From Rebecca billardiae RCC1528 (Eukaryota; Protista; Haptophyta), in NCBI GenBank assembly GCA_965240325.2, contig OZ251231.1:1550001-1614000 (forward strand): a stretch of 64,000 nt of DNA. The letters are read 5' to 3'. The notes beneath the pieces are model-generated. The model did no database searches and was not told the DNA's origin. It saw only the letters and a list, made by a program, of their open reading frames with translations. Shown in pieces: positions 1 through 11,261 of this stretch (the first letter of the stretch is position 1; every line of letters begins with the position of its first letter). Both the position numbers and the translations under genes were made by a program.

Positions 1-2558
1 CGCCCAGTGAGTGAGGCGGGCCCACACGGCCGGCCCGCGCTGGCGGCCCGGCGGGCACACGCGCCGTCGCCGTCCGCCGTGCCTGCAATATGATCGGGTA
101 TCGGGACGGGGCTCACCCGTAGAGCTGCGTGTACGGCAGCCCGCCAGACGGCTGGCTGAAGCCGGCGCCGCCGTCCGCCCACGCGTCCCCCCTCGTGTCT
201 GCGCGCTCGCCAGCCACTCCACCAACGGGCCCGCGTGCGCGCCCCCCAGCATACTCTGCGTATGCAAACGGGTCGTACCCGCCACCGGGCTGCGCGCCGT
301 CGAGTCCGTCGGCGCCGTCCATCATCCGCATGCCGTCAGGCACGACGTCGTCGACAACCATCGGCCCGAGCAGGCTCCGCGCCCCGAGCCGGCTCGCGAC
401 CGTCGCGGGCGGCGGCGCGAGGCCGCCGGGCGCGCGCGGGCCAGCCGAGGCCGGCGCCGGCGCGTGGAACAACGTGCCCGTGAGCTTGGCCGGGCGGCGC
501 GCGTGCTCGGCGCGAGCGGCAAGCGCGTACTGCGCCGCCGCGGCTGAGGCCTCGAGCACCTCCTCCTCCTCCTCCTCCTCGTCATCGCTCGACTCCCCGT
601 GGTGTCCGGCGCGCGGCGGCCCACTGCGCAAGTTGGGCAGCCAGTCGCCCGCCGCGTCGTCGCCGAGGGCAGCTGCGCTCGCGCGACCGTCGCGCGAGCC
701 GACCAGGCGCGTCGTCGCGAGGGCGTGCCTCGTGCGTCCACCGTCGTCGCTGTCTGAGCTGAGATGGTCGGCGAGCACGCCGCGTGGCTGGGCGGCAGGC
801 CCCGCCGCGGGCGCGGGCGCGCGCCGGGCGGATCGTGTCGCCGCGCCGGCCTCAACAACGCCCCTCGCCTTCGCCGCGCGCACCTCGGCCACCTCCGCCG
901 AGACGAGGCGCAGCTCCTGCTCCAGCTCCGCCTTGGCGGCCGCTTCGGCCGCGAGCTGGCGCCGCAGCCGGTCGAGCGCGAGCTTGGCGCGCCGCTCCTT
1001 CTGCGAGGCCTGCTCGGCAGCCTCGTCCAGCTTCTCACGCAGCACCTCCGCCTCTCCGCGCTCGCGCCGGTCCGGCAGCCTGAGCAGAGTCTGCGCTCGC
1101 CGCGCGCGGGGGGCACGCGATGGAGCGCGCGCGCGTGTGTGGGCAAGAGGCGAGCGAGCGCGAGCGCAGCGGTCGCGACGCTCGCGCGCTCCGAGCGCGC
1201 GGCCGCGCAGCGCGCGCGGCACCTTGGCCTGCTTCTCGAGCGCGCGCTGCTCGCGGCCGAGGCGCGCGGTCTCAGCCTGCCGCCAGGTCTCAAAGTGCGC
1301 GCGGTCGTCCTCCTGCGGCGCGCGGCGGGCGCGGCGGGCGCGAGATGAGACCTCACAGCAAGCCCGCGAGCGCCCACACGCGCAGCGGTCACCACCCGGG
1401 GGACCGGAGCGGCGCGGCGCCGTAGCGGGTGCGCGCAGCCGGCGCGTGCGCGCTCACCAGTGCCTTGGCGGATGCGTCGAGCTGGCGCTCGCGGAGCTCG
1501 AGCTGCTGGTGGTGCCGCCGTGAGCGCTCGCGCGCTCGCACCAGCTTCACGCGCTCACGAGCCATCGCCTCTCGTGTGCGCTCGAGCTCGCGGAGCGCGG
1601 CGTCAGGCGCTGAGGCTGGCTGTGCGCCGGGCTCCGCCTCAGCAGCGCCGCCGTCCGCGCGCGAGTCCGGCGCGTGAGCTCGGCCCGCGGTGGTCGCCGC
1701 GCAGCGAGTCTCACGGCGCGGCGCGGATGCCGCCGTGTGCCGCGGCTTGTGGAAGAGCGTGCTCACCAGCCGCGAGGTGGGCGCATCGGCTGCCGAGGCA
1801 CTCGGCGCGGCACTCGGGCCGGCAGCGCGCTCGCTCGGCGGCGGCTCGCTGGGCGCACCGCGTGCGCGCTCGCCCCGCGACGTCTCGGCGGGCCCCTTCT
1901 CTGGCGAGCTGGGGAGGTGCAGCTGCAGCGAGGTGCACAGCTGGTCCCACCACTGCCCGGTGTCCTCTACCGTCGAGGGCGGCTGCTCAGCGGAGGTGGT
2001 CGCCGTGCGCGGCATTGCGGCGTCTGCGGTCCGCCCGCCCTGCGGCGATGGCACGCGGTCGACGCGAGCCCGCTCGTCGTCGTCGGCTGAGCTGGGCCGA
2101 GCCGCGCGGTCGTCAAGGTGCGTGTGGACGAGTCGCTCCAGCGCCTCAAACTCGGCCAGCGAGGACTCCTCGTGCATGAGCCGGTCGGTAGTGCGCGCGC
2201 CTGTGCTGCTCGCCATTGCCGCGGCCCGCGGATCGGCGGAAGGGCTTGGCGACAAGGCGTGCGGATTGGCGTGGGCGGGAGCACGCGAGCGCCGATCGAC
2301 CGTCTTGGCCGCGCTCATCGGGCTCAGACCACCATCACCCTCGCTCGGCTTGGCTTGGGCCGGTGGCGTGTGCAAGGCAGGCTTCGCGTCGGCGCGGTGC
2401 ACAGCCACGCGGCGCTCGACGCCTTCCCCCTTGCGGAGGAATGCGCGCTTGACCGGCGCCTCGGCGGATGCGGGCGAGCCGAGAGCATCCGCGCTCTGCA
2501 GGCTGGCCTCGAGCATCGCCTCGAACAGCTGGCGTGAGTCGGGAGCCGTCGACGTCAT
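1..2558 (-). CDS. Centriolar coiled-coil protein SAS-4/CENPJ(CPAP)-like, 3' partial (continues left of window); introns ~1313-1457, ~1091-1222 and a donor at 116
   Basis: KRAFLRKGEGVERR resembles the CPAP PFLKRGEG motif; SLAEFEALE resembles the LID motif; spliced coiled coil HFETWRQAETARLGREQRALEKQAK|TLLRLPDRRERGEAEVLREK resembles CPAP 'FPDKKEREEI'. GT..AG introns join the frames. The C-terminal TCP/G-box domain is not visible in the window. Confidence 0.7.
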
Positions 2559-2828
2559 CACTCGCCGTCGTCGTCCGTGCGCCTCGTCCACGTTCGAATC
2601 CGCTGCCGCGCGCGCCCTTCGAAACTCCAAGGCCTCCGGCGCCCGAGTGAGTAGTGCCGACGACAAGGCCGTTGGTGGCTGTCCGGGAGCGAGGCGTCCG
2701 CCTCGAGCAGGACTCCGACCGAGCTTGCGGGTGGGCCCGCCCACCCGGGTTTGAAAGACGTGGTGTCCAACCGACCACCTCACTCACACGACCAACCGGG
2801 CAACGAACTCGCCGTCTCAACACACCAG

Positions 2829-3045
2829 GTGCGCCGACGCCGCGGCGACCGCCGCGCTCGCCCAGCGCGCGGGGTGGGGGAGGGGGGCGCGCGAGGCGGA
2901 CACGCGCGCGGTGTAAACCAGCACAGTGCTGGGCAGCGCTGCCGCTGCGCCGCCGCCCTCCCCTGGGTGCCAGCACGCGCGCCCCGCGCGCGCGGCCGGG
3001 CACTTGCGCTAACGCACCCGGCGCGCGCCCCCCCTTTCGCCGCAG
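2829..3045 (+). other. Probable 5'-UTR intron of H2B
   Basis: cag|GTGCG donor at 2829, CTAAC branch-like motif at 3009, C-rich tract and CAG ending 5 nt before the ATG. Confidence 0.5.
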
Positions 3046-3050
3046 TCGCC

Positions 3051-3416
3051 ATGCCCGCGAAGAAGACGCCCTCTAAGAAGATCGTCAAGAAGTCGGTCAA
3101 GAAGTCTGGCGACAAGAAGAAGAAGTCGAAGAAGCGCACCGAGAGCTACTCCTCGTACATCTACAAGGTGCTCAAGCAGGTGCACCCGGACACGGGCATC
3201 TCGTCCAAGGCGATGTCGATCATGAACTCGTTCATCAACGACGCCTTCGAGCGCATCGCCACGGAGGCGGGCAAGCTGGTGCGCTACAACAAGAAGGGCA
3301 CGCTTTCGTCGCGCGAGATCCAGACGGCGGTGCGGCTCATCCTGCCGGGCGAGCTCGCCAAGCACGCCGTGTCGGAGGGCACGAAGGCCGTGACCAAGTA
3401 CACGAGCAACCAGTAA
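3051..3416 (+). CDS. H2B: Histone H2B
   Basis: [43 protein letters not shown]...[17 protein letters not shown]. Confidence 0.99.
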   Translation: MPAKKTPSKKIVKKSVKKSGDKKKKSKKRTESYSSYIYKVLKQVHPDTGISSKAMSIMNSFINDAFERIATEAGKLVRYNKKGTLSSREIQTAVRLILPGELAKHAVSEGTKAVTKYTSNQ

Positions 3417-4438
3417 GCGGTGGCTCGGACGTACGCACGGCGCCGAGCGTTGAGCAGCTACACCCTGCCCGCGCGTCGGCGCCACCAACCCCTTGGTGTA
3501 TATCTACACCCCACTCTTACGCCCTCTTTCGCGGATGCGCCCGAGCACGCGCGTGCCGCCCGGCCCCGATCCGCGCGCGCGCCCGCGGCTCATTCATGCC
3601 CCGTCTTCACTCACTCACAAGCCTCCACGTGCGCGCCGCTGTCGCAGAAAAAGCAATCGCCTTTCAGGAGCCGCAAGCGTGTGTGGCGACAGCGCTCGAA
3701 CGCACGACCGCTGCTATCGAGCCAGACGTCAAGATCGGCCTCCGCCGCCGGGGTCGGCGCGGCCGCGCCCCGGGCGCGGGGCCGCGGCGGGGACACGACC
3801 GCCCGTCACGACTCACGAGGCCGGGTGCCGGCGGTGCGGCGCCGGTGTCGGTGACGGGGCCCGAGTGTGTGACCGAGTCGCGGTCGACTGACAGGCTACC
3901 AGTACTGAGAGTGAGACTGCGTCGGACTCGTAGCTACCGTCCGATCCGGGCGATCGGAACTCATCGGTCACTGTACCGACACTGTTAGTCACTGTACGTC
4001 CCGTAATCGACCGGTGTGAGGCTCCATCACCATGACTCATGATGACTGTCTCATGTCTCATGGACATGAGGCATGACGGATGTCGGATGGGATGACCGCA
4101 TGTAGTATGTACTGAATAACTGACTGAGTGATCACCATGTCACACTCACAGCTCACAGCCAGGCCGTGTGACCAGCCGGTCGGCGCCGTGACGGTGCGGA
4201 GCCAACTGCCAAGCGCCGAGCACAGCCACGGCCCACGGGCATGCGCCACAGACCGCCTAGAGCAGCCGGCTCCGCGACCGCATGGCCGCGGCGCCCGCGG
4301 CCGCGGCCGGCGCGGGTGCTGACTGACCGCTGTCGGCCCGGGGAACGGGGCCGCCGGCACCAGCCTGGTCGCTGGTGGCGGCGCCGGAGCTGCCCCTCGC
4401 CGACTCGGCCTCGAGGCGGCTCAGCGCGCTCCGCGGCG

Positions 4439-5713
4439 TCAGAGCTCGTCGGCGAGGATTGCCTCGCGCAGCCGCGCCATGCGCCAGTTCATGAAGGCGA
4501 TGTTGTGCAGACTGGCGAGCATTGTGTACAGCGGCTCCTGCTGCTTGTACAGGTGGTGCAGGTACGACCGAGAGACGCCGCCGGCGCCTCCGCCCGGCAG
4601 CTCGTGGTCGGGCAGATCCGGGTCGAGCGGCCCGAAGTCGCGCGCGAAGCGCGTGCTGCGGATGTTGATGCGCCCCGTCGAGAGCAGGATGGTGCCGTGC
4701 CGCGCGACGCGTGTCGGCCAGCACGAGTCGAACGTGTCGATGCCGTGCGGCGCCGCGTTCACGACGCTCTCGTCGTCCGCGATCCCAAGCAGGTGCACCG
4801 GCCGGCCGGCGGGCAGGTGCGGGGCGAGGTCGGCGAGGAGCTCGAGCATCTCCGCGCGGTCCGCACCGAGCGAGCCCCCGATCGCCGTGCCGTCGAAGTC
4901 GTTGGCGCCGAGGAACGCGGCCGAGTGCGCTCGCAGCGCGCGGTCCGTGCCGCCGTGCAGGACGCCGTACATCGCCTGCCCGCGCACGTCGAGCTTGTGC
5001 TCGGCGAGGCTGCGCGCCATCCAGCGGTGCGAGCGCTCGACGGACTTTCGTAGCCGCCAGCTCTCCATGTCGTTCGGCGGGAGCTCGTCCAGCGGGATGA
5101 TGATGTCCGCGCCGAAGGCCTTCTGCGCACGCACGGACGACTCGGGCGTGAGCCGGATCTCTGAGCCGTCGCGGTACGAGCGGAAGCGCGCGCCGCGCTC
5201 GGAGACCGAGAGCAGGGTGCCCTGGTCCTGGCGCGAGTAGCGAGAGCGCGACTTGAGCTCCGCGCGCTCGGCGACGGGCGCGCCGTCGTCGCCGCGCTCG
5301 AGCTGGCCGAGGCTGAAGAGCTGGAATCCTCCCGAGTCGGTGATGATCGGCAGGCTGCGCCCCATGAACGCGTGCAGCCCGCCCGCCTCGCGGATCACCT
5401 CGGGCCCCGGGTGCACGAGTAGGTGGTACGTATTCGCAAACATGAGCTGCACGCCGCATGCCTCCGCCTGCGCGCTCGTCACGCCTTTCAGCGCCGCGTT
5501 CGTCCCAACCGGGACGAATGCCGGTGTCTCGATCACGCCGTGCGGCGTGTGGATGCGGCCGACGCGCGCACGTGAACCCGAGCGGCGCGAGGCGTGCACG
5601 ACCTCGAAGTGGAAAAAGCGCCCTCTCGACCCGGACGAGCGCGACGCGAGCATCGACAGCGACAGCAACCCGAGGCGCGCAGGCGCGCCGACCGAGCGGA
5701 GCCCATTCTGCAT
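4439..5713 (-). CDS. tgt: Queuine tRNA-ribosyltransferase (TGT), intronless, with N-terminal extension (possible organellar targeting; start 5713 or 5653)
   Basis: HTPHGVIETPAFVPVGT, FANTYHL, ITDSGGFQ, FGADII.PLDE, LHGG, VHLLG, DTFDS, SRSYLHHL, LASLHN. Confidence 0.93.
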   Translation of the reverse strand: MQNGLRSVGAPARLGLLSLSMLASRSSGSRGRFFHFEVVHASRRSGSRARVGRIHTPHGVIETPAFVPVGTNAALKGVTSAQAEACGVQLMFANTYHLLVHPGPEVIREAGGLHAFMGRSLPIITDSGGFQLFSLGQLERGDDGAPVAERAELKSRSRYSRQDQGTLLSVSERGARFRSYRDGSEIRLTPESSVRAQKAFGADIIIPLDELPPNDMESWRLRKSVERSHRWMARSLAEHKLDVRGQAMYGVLHGGTDRALRAHSAAFLGANDFDGTAIGGSLGADRAEMLELLADLAPHLPAGRPVHLLGIADDESVVNAAPHGIDTFDSCWPTRVARHGTILLSTGRINIRSTRFARDFGPLDPDLPDHELPGGGAGGVSRSYLHHLYKQQEPLYTMLASLHNIAFMNWRMARLREAILADEL

Positions 5714-5775
5714 GCTCGATGCTGTTATAAGGTGTGCTGATGCAAGCTTTTTATACCTGCTGGTTATTACAAGCA

Positions 5776-6005
5776 CAGTTGACTAATAAGAATAAGAGAC
5801 GCACACAGCTCAGGCAGGCGAGATTACTGTGACGGGCGCTGGCGCGAAGCGAGGCGGCCGCAGCCCTCATCCAGGCCTCGCAGGCGGACGGCTGAACGAA
5901 TTTTCCGGCGGCGCAGCCATCGGCGACGGCTTCATGGGCGGTGACAGTGGCGGGCGTCGATCTCGCCTGCCTGAGCTGTGTGCGTCTCTTATTCTTAGTA
6001 AACTG
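5776..6005. mobile_element. MITE (230 bp) with ~46-49 bp TIRs starting CAGTT
   Basis: 5776-5824 is the reverse complement of 5960-6005 (consensus CAGTTTACTAAGAATAAGAGACGCACACAGCTCAGGCAGGCGAGAT); TA after the right end. Confidence 0.8.
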
Positions 6006-6562
6006 TACTGCACCTGTATTGTATCATGCTGATTGTACTACCAGGTATGCTGCATGTGTTGTCGTAAAGTAAGGTTACAACGTAAAAGTACCTACTACTA
6101 CCATTGTACAAAGCTTACTGTATACTCGTACGACAATACTGTAGCTACCGTGTACGTGATCAGGCTTATGCCAGAGAGTCTGATTTTCTTGACTCATTCT
6201 ATGAAACTTTAACGACACAGGTACTAGGTAGGACGGCGCAGGTCTCCTGATTCGTCGTCGGCAGTGCCTGATCGTCGACACGAAGTCGGCGCTGGTGACT
6301 ATGATGTGACATCAGAGTACATCAGTGATGAGTATAATCAGTGCGGTCCGAGACCGAGTGTGACTGCTGTTCATGAGTGTTATCGACATGCCGGTCCCAA
6401 TTATTATGATATTGGATTGAGATGATTCTGTAAGTGACTGATCGGGCCTCACTCGTCATTTAAGTGGCACAGTCCCGGACAATCTGAATCTTACGAATTA
6501 TTATGTACGTGAGCCTTGTAAACGGCACAGTGCAATAGTCTAATTATTTAATGGGCTGAGGC

Positions 6563-8958
6563 CTAGTGGGGTTAGAGCTCCGACCGTTACACTCCCGAGT
6601 GACACAATCTCCCGAAATCTCGAAATATGAAATATCTCCTCGGTTTGTATAACTGCTGTTTGAGTCCGTTTAAGTTCGTTTAGGCTTAATTCCAGGACCG
6701 TCCAGAGGACCGTGTAGAATCCGTCTGTGCCAATTTCAGACTGCCAAAATGTGATCTAGACGGTGCGATTCTGGTGCAAATAGCGAGATCAACTTGGAGA
6801 TCGTGTATCTCCCCTACTAATGTTGCCGAGATCGCGTCGAGATTGAGGTCGTATATCTCCAGTATGTGATATTTTTTCGCAAAACTTGTCAGCGTGACCC
6901 CAGGTCATTTCAGCAGGCGAATATTGACATCCCGAAGTTTGAGAGCCTCATCTCAAGACGACAGGAAGTTGGATTTTGGTAGCCTGGTCCAAACGCACTG
7001 GAGCACTTTCGGGGATTTTATCGCCAAATGAACGCGGGCCCCTAGGCACGCGCTCACACCCGGAAACAGCGTAACAAATGGGCCCAGCCCGGGCGCAGCA
7101 AAAGTTTCGGCCTAAAAATCGCATCCGTGGCCCGTCGTGAGCGTGCGCGCGCGCGCCGCGGACAACTACGGACACATAGAGAATCGTCAGTCTGAATGTG
7201 GGTAAGTACTTAGCCGAAATGAGCCCAAACGCACGAACTTACTTATTGGCGTACGTCGAGGCGAGCATGAACCCTGGTACAGGCCATTAGGATGGGCTGT
7301 GGTCTGTGCGCAAGTGGCCGTACTCAACTACTGCAAGATCGACTATATTACCCATTTATACCCGCATATTATGGGCAATGTACCCGCATAAGTATGAGTT
7401 CTGGACCTGTATAGTTGAAATGCCACTATGTCGTTACATATTCGCCATAGGTGGGTAGCTGTCCCAGGCTGCACGATTAGTGCGGCGCTCGGGGTGCAGT
7501 GGTCGGACGAGGCTCCGCCTGGCCTTCCGCGCACTCCTGCAGACAAGAAGAGGGCCGGACTCCCACCCGGCCAGGCGTGCGGCAGTCGGTCAGGTGCTGG
7601 ACCTGATCTGGAGACCATCTCCTGCGTGGCAACTGGCCGATCTGCGGCACAACGCGCGCCGCCGTGAGCCACACGGCAGGTTCGCAATGGATCCGGATCG
7701 CGTGTCCATGGCGGCGTGCATCGAGTCATTCAAGCTGTCAAGTCGCGTGCCACGCCCGCCCTTTCACTTGGGGCATCAGTACTGCCTACAACGACGACAT
7801 GTGCGTCCTTAGATGAGGCATAATCGCGATTCTAGCTGCCCGTCCAAGGGTCAGATCGCACGTCTTTGCTCGCCCGACAGCCTCAACGGCGGACTGATGT
7901 GATCCGCGGGTGACGATGCGACCGCTTCGAGTGCGCCTACGGCCACCACCGGGGTGGGGATCGTTCATGGGCACCCTCTGCGTGCCATGACATGCTCTGG
8001 CCGTGCGTGGTGACTTGGCCCACCGCGCGTAAACGGGAAAGACACCCGAGCACGTGCTTCCGAGCCACCCGAATGGCACAATGTGCCACCCATGGACACC
8101 AAACACGTGCCAGAGCGCGAGCCTTGCGTGCTGGAGTAGCCGCACGACACCAAGGAAGACGTATGAGCGCTCTCAACCATCTTCAAGCGACGACTCCGTC
8201 GACTCTGCCTCGCAGACCGCGGTACGATCCTCGACCTTGTGCTCGCAGCAAAGGCCATGACGGTAAAGCAGCACCCAGGCGATGGGAGTCAGCCGGCAGC
8301 CACTACACTGCGACTGTACACACCCAGCCCCGCAAGGCGAGCCATCCTGCTCGCCACCAGCCCGTCATACAGCTCCACGAGGAGCACAAATCGACAGCCG
8401 CCGCTCAGGACGACCCATGCGCGAACGTGACGGGACTGGCCGGATGAAGCGTTGGCGATGCGCAGCGCGCCCAACGCTGGTGGTGGCATCGAGTACATGC
8501 TAGGGGTAGGCGGTGGCCCACACGAGCCGTCGCGTGGCCCGCATATTACCCGAGGTGGCCCGTCTCGAAGGCGCCGCGCAACCCAGCAGGTGAGCGTTCG
8601 ACGCGCGCCGTCAGGCGAGAAGTCGACCTGGCGACGGACCGCGGGCGGCGGAAGCAACGCAGACATGTCGCTCAAGGTGTGCACGCACACCACCGGGGCA
8701 CCCGAACGATGTGTCCAGCACTACACCTGACATGAGGCGGCGCAGTCGTCCAGTCGAGGCTCTCGAGCCCCTTCCAACCTTCGTCGCGGCGAGCCGTCGG
8801 ACGGCCGGTGCGATTTTTGACGAGCGCGACGAGCGACGAGAAAAATCGGGAGAAATGAGGCGCCCAAAATCCGAAAAGGCTTTTTCACTGGCGAAAATCG
8901 GGATGGACCAGGCTAATTTTGGGCCACGCACCCCCCGCAGTGGGGCTCTGACCGCTAG
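6563..8958. mobile_element. Possible degenerate TIR element in a gene-poor block
   Basis: Imperfect inverted ends CTAGTGGGGTTAGAGC / GCTCTGACCGCTAG; lower GC interior with broken coding-like stretches; no TSD found. Confidence 0.25.
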
Positions 8959-9041
8959 ATATGCAGTATGCAATAGTAATGTTAGCGTGAGTAAGACTAG
9001 CTACACTCCGAGCGCGGACCGTCTCACTACGGACTACCAAT

Positions 9042-9045
<4 letters not shown>

Positions 9046-9135
<90 letters not shown>
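9046..9135. repeat. (TA)n microsatellite with two phase slips
   Basis: ~90 bp of TA repeats. Confidence 0.98.
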
Positions 9136-9139
<4 letters not shown>

Positions 9140-9261
9140 ATAACACCGCGACCAGTGAGTAGTGACTCGGAGGTCCATACTATGCTGTGCATAAGACAGG
9201 CTTCCCGGAGTCCGGTCGACTCAGATCCAGACGGCATCCGAGTCGTGCCAGGGCCAGCAGT

Positions 9262-10389
9262 TCAATGCCGGAACGCCGCGCGGATCCGACCCATGCCCCG
9301 AGGCCGAGCCGAGGCCAGTGCCTGCAAGACGGAGCCGCCGGTGCGCGGCGCGATGGCCGGCACGCCTGTGTCGCTGGTGGCCTGTGCGCTGGCGCCGATG
9401 CTCGGCAGCACCACGCGCCCACCTGGCGCGCCCGGGTCGCTCGAGCGCACAGTGGTGACGGTCCTCGGGAGAGGGCGAGAGCATGCCGCCGGCACGGAGG
9501 GCTGGCTCTGGACCAGGATTCCTGGGTGGGTGCGGAAGTGGTCGGCATGCCTGGACTCGACGGCCGCCCCTCGTATCCTGCGGCGGCCCCAGCTCAGGCT
9601 GCGCTCGCAATAGCTGTTCTGGCCGTTGACCCCGCGGCGAGGACCGAAGCTGCTGCTGAGGTTGGCGCCGCTGCTGCCGCAGCTGCTGCTGCTGCTGCTC
9701 TCGTCGCTGCCGCGCGTGGAGCGCGTCGCACGAGATTCGCGCATGCGGCCGAGGCTGCTGCTCAGCGCGTGCAGCCCGTCGGAGATCGGCGTGCGCACCG
9801 ACAGCGAGAGAGTCGCGCCCGAGCAAATGAAAGACTCTTCGACGGCGCTGGCAGGCAGGACGAGGGTGTGCGCTCGCGTGGTCGCCGTCAGGAGTTCGAG
9901 CGCGTTGTCAGCGGGGGTGCGATCCCACGCCGTGTGCTGGATGAGTGACGCGAAGGCCTCGTACTCGTGCGGGAGGACGAGCATGCCCGATGTGTCGAGG
10001 AGGGCGGTGAAGGCCGCGAGTTCGGCGCGTCGAAGCTCTGCCATGTTGATGTGCACAGCGTCGGCGACGAGTGGCAGCAGGTTGTCATAACTGCGGTCGT
10101 TGCAATACTTGTCGGCGAGGATGACGCACGTCGCAAAGTGGAGGCGCGCGTTCGTCGAGAACAGCCGCAGCGCCTCGCTCCGGCGTGCGCCCCCGTCCAC
10201 GCTCGCGACGAGGCGGCCAAGGTACACGCACGCGAGCACGAGCGACTCGGACTTGATGCCGGACGTCCAGCGCATGTCGGGGGCCGGGCCATTGATGGTG
10301 ATGGCGTCGAGGAGCGGGCGCATGCGTTCATGCATCTTTGGCGCCGGTTCCGTGACAGGACCCTTGCGCGGGTTGGGGGGAGGACCCAT
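9262..10389 (-). CDS. PHO80/P-U-type cyclin
   Basis: Cyclin box SESLVLACVYLGRL...NARLHFATCVILADKYCNDRSYDN...INMAELRRAELA; low-complexity C-terminus uncertain. Confidence 0.8.
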   Translation of the reverse strand: MGPPPNPRKGPVTEPAPKMHERMRPLLDAITINGPAPDMRWTSGIKSESLVLACVYLGRLVASVDGGARRSEALRLFSTNARLHFATCVILADKYCNDRSYDNLLPLVADAVHINMAELRRAELAAFTALLDTSGMLVLPHEYEAFASLIQHTAWDRTPADNALELLTATTRAHTLVLPASAVEESFICSGATLSLSVRTPISDGLHALSSSLGRMRESRATRSTRGSDESSSSSSCGSSGANLSSSFGPRRGVNGQNSYCERSLSWGRRRIRGAAVESRHADHFRTHPGILVQSQPSVPAACSRPLPRTVTTVRSSDPGAPGGRVVLPSIGASAQATSDTGVPAIAPRTGGSVLQALASARPRGMGRIRAAFRH

Positions 10390-11145
10390 CGGGTCGTTGG
10401 CGCCGTTGAGGAAGGGCGAGCGGGCGCGTGCGGATGACTTGCTGCCGTGCGGCGAGTCTCCTTGGGTAAGTTGCTACGGTTGAAAGTATCGTCTTACGTC
10501 GCCAGGCTGGGTGTGATACGATAACCCCGCATCGCTTGATGATAGCGTATGCGCGATGATCATATCGGCCCGCGGCGCGGCATCCTGATGCAGACCTCTT
10601 AGATCTCCGGGAACGACATACTGTACGACATACGAGCAGGCATGGAACTATCCAGTATACCACTTTTGATTGGTAGTCGTCATAGTGGACCGCCTCTTAC
10701 GACGACGTCCCTTGCTCCTGCACACTGATGACGGGATGGACGGCCTTCCTGATTGGTGGATTTTCTCAATTGCGCGCGGCGAGAGATATATCCTCATATC
10801 TCGTTATGAATGGTTATACCATTTTATCGGTAGGAAGCGGCATAATCAACCAAAACGAGGCAAGCGACATAATCACCCTCGATCCCTCTGATCAACTACA
10901 CAACATCATGAATATGATCGGTTGAAGAAAGAATAGGCGCGTACAGAGTACAACTTCCATCGGTTCATATTTCGGTTGATGCAGAGCAACGTTAATCATT
11001 CGTCAAGTCATGGGGGGAATCGCCTTGGAGGGGTTGATGACTATGATGAGGTCCATACCAAGTTCAAGACAGTAACCAAGTTGTCAACCAAGTGGAACTG
11101 CAAGAGAAAGCGATGCGGAAGTTGGCGGAAGCAGCGGAGGCTGTA

Positions 11146-11261
11146 CTGAACGAATTTTTCCGGCGGCGCTACCATCGGCGACGGCTTCATGGGCGGTGAC
11201 AGTTGGCGGGCGTCAATCTCGCCTGCCTGAGCTGTGTGCGTCTCTTATTCTTAGTAAACTG
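11146..11261. mobile_element. Right-end fragment of the CAGTTTA MITE family
   Basis: Nearly identical to ~5892-6005, ends TAGTAAACTG|TA. Confidence 0.8.

Noticed and set aside
8711-9613. ORF with poly-(YI) tract
   Set aside because: Translation of the (TA)n microsatellite.
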